Source of the DNA: Octopus sinensis
Taxonomy: Eukaryota
DNA: 12,110 nt
Reading direction: 5' to 3'
NCBI RefSeq assembly: GCF_006345805.1
Contig: NW_021826860.1
Location: forward strand, 1 to 12,110
The notes below the pieces were generated by a model that did no database searches, was not told the origin of the DNA, and saw only the letters and a list, made by a program, of their open reading frames with translations. This document shows positions 1 to 7,274 of this stretch, piece after piece (within the stretch, counting starts at the first letter, position 1; each line of letters opens with the position of its first letter). The translations under genes and the position numbers were made by a program.

Positions 1-452
1 TGTACTTGCACCAATGAACCGACATCTCATTTTCTCGATCAATATGCGCAGTGTCTAAAATGTATCGTTGATTTTTTATTTTTAAAGGTGTAAAGCTACA
101 ATGTCTCACAATCTTCCCCAATGGCCCCCTTCGGCAATTGTACGAGCCAAAATGATATCCTTTGAGTAAAGACCCATTTTAGTACCAGGAATTTACAAGA
201 AGAACATGTAGAATGGCGCCAGTGCTCAGAAGAATTATGAATCCTTAATTTTTACAAATTCACTTGCGTTTAATTAGGTATATTCATAACACTTCAAACA
301 TCTTAAGGGAGCGGTTTCAAATTTGTGCGGGCATTATGTATCTGTTGTGCTTAAAACATAAGTCTGCTCCCATATAGCTGAAGAAGGAAGGGCTAACAAT
401 CATGAGCCGTTGAATTATCATTGATACTCGTGAAGGAAGTTACTCTCTAAAT

Positions 453-1180
453 CAGTGGTTCTCAGCCGGGTCCGTATGACCCCAAGATTTCGGGCACTTT
501 AAGATTTCGGGGGGCCTAGCAAACGAAACAGTAAACTGGAGATCCACAGTAGTATTTTAGCGTCTATTAAAATGTTTGGGTTAGATGAATTATTGCAAGA
601 AACAACTAGGTTTCTTTCTCTAATGTTTAACAAAGTTCGACTTCTAGTTACGGAAACCTGTTCTCTCAGTGAATACTGTTTTAAACTTACACAAGAGAAG
701 GCGTGAAAGACAAAATAGGAATTTTGAAAGAAGTTTCTATAAAACTAATTTTTAAACATTGAATGGCTGTAAGGGTCCACTAGAGTAAGGATAAGGGTAA
801 AGAACCTTCGGTCATGGATGACCATAGAATTGCACCAAGAAAGTTCCCCTCCGAGGCACAAATCTGACTAGGGTTGTTTATGGAAGATCAGCAGTCGCCC
901 TCTCATACCAGCCTCCACTCTCTACGCCACCGATGTTATCCAAAGGAAAGGCAAAGGGCCGATACAGCTTGGCACCAGAGATGTCGCAACTCATTTCTAC
1001 AGCTGAGTGAACTGGAGCAACGTGAAATAAAGTGTCCTGCTCAAGAACACAACATACAGCCCGGTTCGAGAATCGAACGCACTACCTCATAATTGTGAAC
1101 CCTATACTCAAACCACTGAACTATGTGCCTTCCCTCCATAGTAAAAAAAGTATTCAAAAATGTCCATAACCGGGCCCCTG
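453..1180 (+). mobile_element. hAT (Charlie-like) non-autonomous DNA transposon/MITE, interrupted by a SINE
   Basis: Starts CAGTGGTTCTCAGCC (453), the typical Charlie/hAT terminus. Has repeated GGTCC-like subterminal motifs (469, 775, 1162) and a degenerate right end ...CCCCTG (1180). Flanking 8-mers CTCTAAAT (445-452) and ATCTATAT (1181-1188) match 6/8 and fit the NTCTARAN target-site pattern. The right TIR is poorly conserved. Confidence 0.55.
787..1133 (-). mobile_element. tRNA-derived SINE, near full length
   Basis: Minus strand begins GGAAGGCACATAGTTCAGTGG (A-box-like) followed by GTTCGATTC (B box). Central core GTTGTGTTCTTGAGCAGGACACTTTATTTCACGTTGCTCCAGTTCACTCAGCTG is shared with the SINE at 3681. 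Ends in a CTTTACCCTTATCCTTA simple tail. Confidence 0.85.
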
Positions 1181-1584
1181 ATCTATATACGTACATCCGA
1201 GCGGATTGTGTTAAAGACACACATGGACAGCAGAATGTTTTTAATCCAAAATAAACTATGCCTGAAAGGCAAACAACATGTAGACACTAGGAGGACTCTT
1301 ACCATAGGTCTGATCTGTGATCGTTCACCTAGGGCTAAACAGTATCAATAATGAGGAAACAACGCCAAGGCCTAAGTGGTTACTCAATGTGCACGTAACA
1401 GTAGAATAAATCTCCTTTAAATCACATCTTACTGTCTTGAAATAAATATGGACGCAGAGTGTATAATGTAGTTATTAAAAGATAGACAATATGCTTGAAA
1501 AACAGAAAAGAAAATACCATAGTAAAAATGATGTGAGGATCACCGATGTTTGTTCAGTCAGGATAAACAAAAACAAAGGACCTG

Positions 1585-1642
1585 CAGCTGCTGCTACTAC
1601 TAGTACAACAAAAACAACAACAACAACAACAACTACTACTAT

Positions 1643-1686
<44 letters not shown>

Positions 1687-1916
1687 TACTACTACTACTA
1701 CTACTACTTACTACAACGGACCACCACCACCACACACACCAATGCTATCAGCACCGTCATGACCATAAAGCCACCACCGTAACTGCCTTCAATAGCACCA
1801 CCATCAACCCCACTCCTGCAACCACCACCACCACCACCACCATCACCATCACCACCATCACCACCACCACCACCACCACCACCACCACCACAACCACTAC
1901 CGACATAACCACCAAG

Positions 1917-1951
<35 letters not shown>

Positions 1952-1960
1952 CACTACTGC
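1585..1960. repeat. Compound trinucleotide microsatellite (GCT/ACA/ACT/ACC/ATC)n
   Basis: Directly visible (ACT)n at about 1636-1713 and 1917-1958, and (ACC)n at about 1822-1897. Source of the poly-Thr/Val/Ser/Gly ORFs. Confidence 0.95.
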
Positions 1961-2274
1961 TAAAAGCAACGGTTACCGGTGCAACAAATTGCATGAATTG
2001 AAAGTGCTACATTATACAAAAGACAAATCAAGTGGCATAAACACGTGCAGAGAAGAATCAATAAACAACAGAAATAAACAGTAACACTTATTCTCAAGCC
2101 GCCATTCAATAACAATTAAAATCACTTCCGGTTGCAACACCAACAACGTTGTGTCTGTGAGAGCGAGTGTATATACGTATGTATATATGGGTAAGTAGAT
2201 GTATGTGCATACATGCATATGCACTTATAGATAAATACATTCAAACATAAATGCATATAAATTTATGTGGGTAC

Positions 2275-2378
2275 ATATATATATATATGTGTGTATGTGA
2301 GTGTGCCTATATATATATATATTTATATATGTATGTATATATATATATGTCAATATATATATACAAACATAAGTGAAC

Positions 2379-2428
<50 letters not shown>

Positions 2429-2468
2429 AGAGAGAGAGAGAGAAAGGTAGACAGACAGACAGACAGAC

Positions 2469-2556
<88 letters not shown>
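2275..2556. repeat. Compound microsatellite (TA)n-(GA)n-(AGAC)n-(AGAT)n
   Basis: Directly visible; (AGAT)n at 2469-2556. Confidence 0.97.
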
Positions 2557-2765
2557 TGAATCAACTGCTCGTAAGTGTAACATGCGTCCAAATCCTCAGA
2601 TATATAGAGTCTGATTCCGTACATCTGAGAATACGGATAGGTTCTGCACATTCAAAAATGTGTGTAATATGGAGCTGTGTCATTCTGTTATCAAATACCA
2701 AGATATTAGATTTAAAATGTTCAGTTCGTTTATTCATCTAGTCGTGTACTTATGCATGTACATAT

Positions 2766-2766
2766 G

Positions 2767-2809
<43 letters not shown>

Positions 2810-2893
2810 ATGTATGTATGTATGTATGTATGTATGTGTGTGTGTATGTGTGTATGTATGTATGTATGTATGTATGTATGTATGTATGTATAT
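2766..2893. repeat. Compound microsatellite (TGTC)n-(TATG)n/(TG)n
   Basis: Directly visible; abuts the 5' truncation point of the RTE fragment. Confidence 0.97.
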
Positions 2894-3506
2894 GCTAAAG
2901 AAGAACGACCTCCACATAAACAAAAAAAGAGATATAAGGACTTGCTGAAGGCTTCCTTAAGAGATGCTTGCACCTCTCCTGATACATGGGAAGGCATAGA
3001 TATTGATCCTAGCAGGTGGTGAAGGATTGCGCATGAGGGGACAGCCACGTTTGAGAAATCTCGAGTTGCACATGAGAAAGTAAGGAAGGGCATCGCTGTT
3101 ACACTTCCAGAAGGGAAGGGTCTTCCTTTGATTCTGACATGCAATGTCTGTGCAAGACCCTGCCTCAGTAAAGCTGGACTCATGAGTCATCTTCGTAGTC
3201 ATAAAACGAGACAGATGAGTGACAACCTGGCCACTGGTGGTGGTGTAACACACCATACTAATCATATCTGTCGGGCATGTGGAAGAGAGTGTAATTCGGC
3301 AGGAGGATTTAAACGACATGCAAAGTTACATGAAGCCCAGTTACAACTACAGCCGGCTATTACCAGTAAAGGTTTTAGTTGCCAACTTTGTACAAGACAT
3401 TGTAGATCTTTAGCCGGACTAAAAAGTCACATTCGATCACAGCACCAGTAACAGTTAAGCTTCGTGCAATGGCCATACTCGATAACGAGGGGGCAGCCAT
3501 AATAAT
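2894..3506 (+). mobile_element. 5'-truncated RTE-clade LINE: ORF C-terminus with three C2H2 zinc fingers plus short 3' UTR
   Basis: One frame reads AKEERPPHKQKKRYKDLLKASLR...TWEGIDIDPSRW*RIAHEGTATFEKSR, the RTE post-RT region, with one in-frame TGA at 3020-3022. Then CNVC..HLRSH (3140-3202), CRAC..HAKLH (3269-3331) and CQLC..HIRSQH (3380-3445), stop at 3449-3451, 3' end GCAGCCATAATAAT and an (ATGT)n tail. Homologous to the end of the RTE copy at 9112-10756. Confidence 0.88.
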
Positions 3507-3568
3507 GTATGTATGTATGTATGTATGTATGTATGTATGTATGTATGTATGTATGTATGTATGTATGT
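3505..3568 (+). repeat. (ATGT)n tail of the RTE LINE
   Basis: Perfect tetranucleotide run immediately after the LINE 3' end. Confidence 0.9.
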
Positions 3569-3611
3569 CGCTATTTGTTTGTGGTACGACTGTCAACCAA
3601 TAGTCTAGCAC

Positions 3612-3614
<3 letters not shown>

Positions 3615-3678
<64 letters not shown>
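3615..3678. repeat. (TA)n microsatellite
   Basis: Directly visible. Confidence 0.98.
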
Positions 3679-3680
<2 letters not shown>

Positions 3681-3683
<3 letters not shown>

Positions 3684-3846
3684 GGCGCGTGGTTTAGTGG
3701 TTAGGGTATTCGGCTCACGACGTTAATGTCGCGAGTTAAATTCCGGCGGCGCGTTGTGTCCTTGAGCAAGACAATTTATTTCACGTTGCTCCAGTTCACT
3801 CAGCTGGCAAAATTGAGTAATACCTGTATTTCAAAGGGCCAGCCTT
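3681..3846 (+). mobile_element. tRNA-derived SINE, 5' portion (3' truncated)
   Basis: GAAGGCGCGTGGTTTAGTGGTTAGGG head (A box) and degenerate B box GAGTTAAATTCC. Core 3753-3806 is 51/54 identical to the reverse complement of 1000-1053. Confidence 0.85.
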
Positions 3847-3873
3847 TATATTAAACATTTGCGAAGAGTAACC

Positions 3874-4353
3874 ATGCCACGCACAAAAAATTTAGCAGAA
3901 CAATCAGATTTTCAAAGAGGTCGTATTGTTGGGCAATCTGAGGCTGGTCTTAGCCAGCAAAAAATTGCCAGAAATCTTCAAATACCTCTTGATACTGTTA
4001 ATAGAATTATAATGCAATTCAAAAGCCAGGGTAAAGAATCAACAGATTCTCGTCCCGACCGACCTGGGTCCTCGGAAATGAAGCTTCGCTGTTTGAAGAG
4101 AATTGTGGAAAACGAACCCCGTTCGAAAGCTTCTGTCATTGCAAAACAGTTAGAAGTTAGTCCAAGAATGTGTGTAACATATCTGCATAAGCTTGGGTAT
4201 TATGGACGAGCAGCTAGAAGAAAACCCCTCCTTCAACCAATTAATATCTAAAAAGAAGATTATGGGCTAAAGGAGATGTCAGAAAAAAACAGTTCATTTT
4301 GATATGATTTTCTCAGATGATCCAGATTTGCATTATTTTCAGACAGTGGACGT
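3874..4353 (+). pseudogene. Tc1/mariner (DD34E-type) transposase pseudogene, N-terminal HTH region to first catalytic Asp
   Basis: ATG at 3874: [43 protein letters not shown] (paired-like HTH), SRPDRP (GRPR-like), [17 protein letters not shown]. After frameshifts it reads KRRLWAK and IFSD(E)SRFALFSDSGR, containing the first D of the DDE triad. Sequence breaks off at a short (TATG)n run at 4353-4367. No TIRs seen. Confidence 0.88.
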
Positions 4354-4369
4354 ATGTATGTATGTATAA

Positions 4370-4930
4370 ACTGACCGTCAACTTACCGATATCACATTCA
4401 AAGTATTGTAAGATGTGCGCCAGGCCAGACTGTCGCCACTCATTGTAACACACTTTATTCAGTCCACTACCAATTTATCAGCGTGCGAAATCTCTGCTCG
4501 TGGTGGACCTGCACACTTAAGGAAACGGAAGGACGTTCCATATTGAAACCCGGATCTATATATCCGACAAGTATTAAAAAAAGTCTTATACATCCTCTAA
4601 GTTCTGCTCTTCTTACACCTGAATTTACCCTTCCACTTCACCCTAACCTTGCTTCTCCTCTTTTCGTTTATCTTTTCTTCTCCATCTGTCACTTAGTTTT
4701 TCTTATCAATCATTTTCTATCTAGGTACAAAGTTCGTGTTGTCTCGTGTTCCTCATCAATTGAAACAACGAGATTCTCAGACATAGAGGATGTAAATCTC
4801 TGTCTTTATTTTATTTCCCTCCTTCCGACTTAGCTCTGAAGAAGAAATCTGTCCGAAACATTGGATACTTCACTCCCCTTTGCAGTGTCAGACAGTTTTT
4901 CGAAATCAGTGACAGTGGTTACGGGGAAAA
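4370..4930 (+). mobile_element. Penelope-like element (PLE) 3' remnant: GIY-YIG endonuclease C-terminus, pyrimidine-rich 3' region and degenerate hammerhead
   Basis: 4420-4578 reads PGQTVATHCN...(alternative frame ISARGGPAHLRKRK)...EGRSILKPGSIYPTSIK. This resembles the PLE GIY-YIG C-terminal pattern PVAxHF...RKxxExxxIxxLxTLxPxGxN as I recall it. It is followed by CTGAAGAAG..CCGAAAC (4836-4859), the usual PLE pseudo-LTR hammerhead signature. Boundaries are approximate. Confidence 0.6.
4831..4867 (+). ncRNA. Degenerate minimal type I hammerhead ribozyme (PLE type), probably inactive
   Basis: Core CTGAAGA 4836-4842, tiny stem II GA/TC, GAAAC 4855-4859. Stem I TAGCT (4831-35) pairs with GGATA (4863-67) at 4/5 including one G-U. 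Stem III reads AACATT instead of the palindromic AACGTT, so G16.2 is lost. Confidence 0.5.
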
Positions 4931-4975
4931 ACATTAAATAGACATTTGCAAACAGGTCTCTCTTCATCGAAAACC

Positions 4976-5036
4976 GGTGATTACCGTACGTTGACAAGAG
5001 GCAAATACCTCGAAACTGCAGTCCGTACGTATCACT
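4976..5036 (+). ncRNA. Type I hammerhead ribozyme, full-length architecture, U3-A8 core variant
   Basis: Stem I CGTACG 4985-90 / CGTACG 5024-29. Core TTGACAA 4991-97. Stem II GAGG 4998-5001 / CCTC 5008-11 with loop CAAATA. GAAA 5012-15. Stem III AC-TGCA-GT (palindrome ACTGCAGT 5015-22). Cleavage triplet GTC 5021-23. Distal stem I GGTGAT 4976-81 / ATCACT 5031-36 beyond a TAC/T internal loop. Confidence 0.85.
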
Positions 5037-5196
5037 TAGGTTTACGAGAGAGGGATGACCTCTCTTTGCAAATATCATAAGGGCACAGAAAGTGTGCCTA
5101 AAGCCAGCTGGAGACGATGATCTCCTGGGGCTAAAAGCTACAGTAACACCCACCCTTAGTGGTTAGCCATATTGAGATGGCTAGTATACTTTACGT

Positions 5197-5221
5197 TATA
5201 TATATATATAATATATATATT

Positions 5222-5279
<58 letters not shown>

Positions 5280-5299
5280 TGTATGTATGTATGTATGTA

Positions 5300-5337
<38 letters not shown>

Positions 5338-5345
5338 CGTGTGTA
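5197..5345. repeat. Compound microsatellite (TA)n-(TATG)n-(TG)n
   Basis: Directly visible. Confidence 0.96.
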
Positions 5346-5721
5346 GTTCACAGATTCACCGTATAGAAGACACTTGATAGTGCTCAAAAGATTCAAACTT
5401 AAACTCCGATGTCTTTACAGGGGGGGGGGCATTCCACAGGATAAAGAAAGACTATAAGAGGGATCAAGTTGAGTGCGGATAAACAAATGAGACACACATC
5501 AAATATATTAAATCCGTAAAATACATCAAATACACAATATGTATATGTGTATACATGAAAACGAGAGAAAGCAAAAGGTGGAGACTTTCAATTGATGCAT
5601 ATTTAAGTATAAATATATAGATGTTTATATTAACAGATCCAACTTCCACAGAGTGCAAGTAACAGAGAAAATTAAAGTGGAGGAAGAAAGGCCAACTGTT
5701 GTTTTGGGGGACTCAGCGATC

Positions 5722-5807
5722 CATAATAATGTTGGTAGATTTAGTTCTCCATGACAATGCTGATAATTTAGTTCATCATAATAATGTTGGTAGATTTAGT
5801 TCTTCAT
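5722..5807. repeat. Three-copy 27-28 bp minisatellite
   Basis: CATAATAATGTTGGTAGATTTAGTTCTC (5722-5749), diverged CATGACAATGCTGATAATTTAGTTCAT (5750-5776), CATAATAATGTTGGTAGATTTAGTTCTT (5777-5804). Confidence 0.9.
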
Positions 5808-5969
5808 TATTTGCTGCCGTTGGACTTATAACACCTTTTTTCCTCCCCTTTAATTAACTGTGTAAGTTAAACCTATTCATATAAATATCTATATATTTAT
5901 ACATAGAAATTCATCTGCGACTCAGTTCCTTATAGTACATGTTTCCAGATTCAATTTTTTTTAGAACAT

Positions 5970-6365
5970 AGGAGTGGCTGTGTGGTAAGTAGCTTGCTAA
6001 CCAACCACATGGTTCCGGGTTCAGTCCCACTGCGTGGCATCTTGGGCAAGTGTCTTCTGCTATAGCCCCGGGCCGACCAATGCCTTGTGAGTGGATTTGG
6101 TAGACGGAAACTGAAAGAAGCCTGTCGTATATATGTATATATATATATGTGTGTGTGTGTGTTTGTGTTTGTCCCCCTAGCATTGCTTGACAACCGATGC
6201 TAGTGTGTTTACGTCCCCGTCACTTAGCGGTTCGGCAAAAGAGACCGATAAAATAAGTACTAGGCTTACAAAGAATAAGTCCCGGGGTCGATTTGCTCGA
6301 CTAAAGGCGGTGCTCCAGCATGGCCGCTGTCAAAATGACTGAAACAAGTAAAAGAGTAAAGAGTA
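5970..6365 (+). mobile_element. Full-length tRNA-derived SINE with internal (TA)/(TG) microsatellite
   Basis: A box TGGCTGTGTGG, B box GGTTCAGTCCC (6018-6028), CORE-like GGCATCTTGGGCAAGTGTCTT, internal simple repeat at about 6128-6170 and (AAGAGTA)n tail. Resembles the abundant octopus SINE family as I recall it; family name not verified. Confidence 0.88.
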
Positions 6366-6922
6366 ATACCCATTCTGCAACACCAATGGCATGTACCGAA
6401 TATGGCTAACAGAATCGAAACAGCAGTTAAAAATATAGAAACAATCAGTTAGATCCCCCACAAACACTGGTAATCCTACATAAGCCCTCAATTTCTTCAC
6501 AGCAAACCACGGTAAAGCACAAATTACACAAACAGGCTATACACAAATTACAGCCATAAATTACCTGCTCAACGAACCTAAACTATTGAACATGAAAGAG
6601 TAAGCACCTTGGCATGCAAAGGTACAGCTTGCGAGTTTGCAGCATCTACAAACTTCAGTTCTCACAGTTCCTGCCACTACATTATAAACCATTTCTAAAC
6701 ACGACACCCCAAACGCACTATTTCTCCTGTCTGGTCCAAATGAACGTAAAACAGAATCACATTTAAACAGAAATAGCTGTGAATAAGTTTATTTCCCGAC
6801 CCAAGGCTGTGCTGGGAGTCGGCACACCACCAATAAAAAGTGCAGAATAGCAACTGTTATAGGCTGGCGAAACCATCCGTGCCACACACAACTGTAGCCA
6901 TTACTGGAAATTCGAAAGTGTA

Positions 6923-7075
6923 CGAGGGGGTGCTGAAAAGTTCCTGGTTTGGGCTAAAATAAAATACAGGAGGATCAGTTAATTATGATTCTATTTTAAC
7001 ATATTCCCCTTATTGCAGCGGTCCTTCAATTTTTCTATGCCCTGTAAAAGAACTCGGAAGGTTGGACCCCTAACA
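6923..7075 (+). mobile_element. Mariner-like DNA transposon/MITE left end (no right TIR in window)
   Basis: TA (6921-22) followed by CGAGGGGGTGCTGAAAAGTTCCTGG, a typical mariner TIR start (TA|CGAGGG...AAAAGT). The reverse complement was not found downstream. Confidence 0.6.
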
Positions 7076-7229
7076 AGACACATACGCCATGGAAACCAGG
7101 AAACCGGGCCCATGAGCCTGGCTAGGCTTGAAAAGGCCGCATAAAAAAATATATATTAATGAGATCCGTTAATATATATATATAAAATGATTTTATCGCG
7201 TAATAACTTCAATCAGAAACATTAACGTT

Positions 7230-7230
7230 A

Positions 7231-7274
<44 letters not shown>

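Noticed and set aside
1-240. Short open frames on both strands at the window start
   Set aside because: Under 60 codons, no recognisable motif, expected by chance.
379-415. CTGAAGAAG followed by a GGCT/AGCC stem as a third hammerhead
   Set aside because: Extra bases before the stem, no GAAA after it, and no stem I or III.
1491-2084. 197-aa Thr-rich (mucin-like) ORF and overlapping poly-Val/Ser/Gly ORFs
   Set aside because: Open only because ACN trinucleotide repeats lack stops; no non-repetitive domain or splice support.
2012-2948. IY/LSIY/VCLS/YVCM periodic ORFs, also at 3375-3697, 5172-5366 and 10641-11339
   Set aside because: Di- and tetranucleotide microsatellite translations.
3128-3451. 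Stand-alone C2H2 zinc-finger gene
   Set aside because: In frame with upstream RTE sequence across one stop, lacks TGEKP linkers and ends in a LINE tail; it is a retroelement C-terminus.
4880-4975. Antisense hammerhead (viroid-like ambisense arrangement)
   Set aside because: Minus strand offers only CTGATTTCGAAA and CGATGAAG, with no correctly spaced core.
5970-6040. tRNA genes at SINE heads (also 3681-3745 and 1060-1133)
   Set aside because: A/B boxes are present but there is no complete cloverleaf, and each runs into a SINE body.
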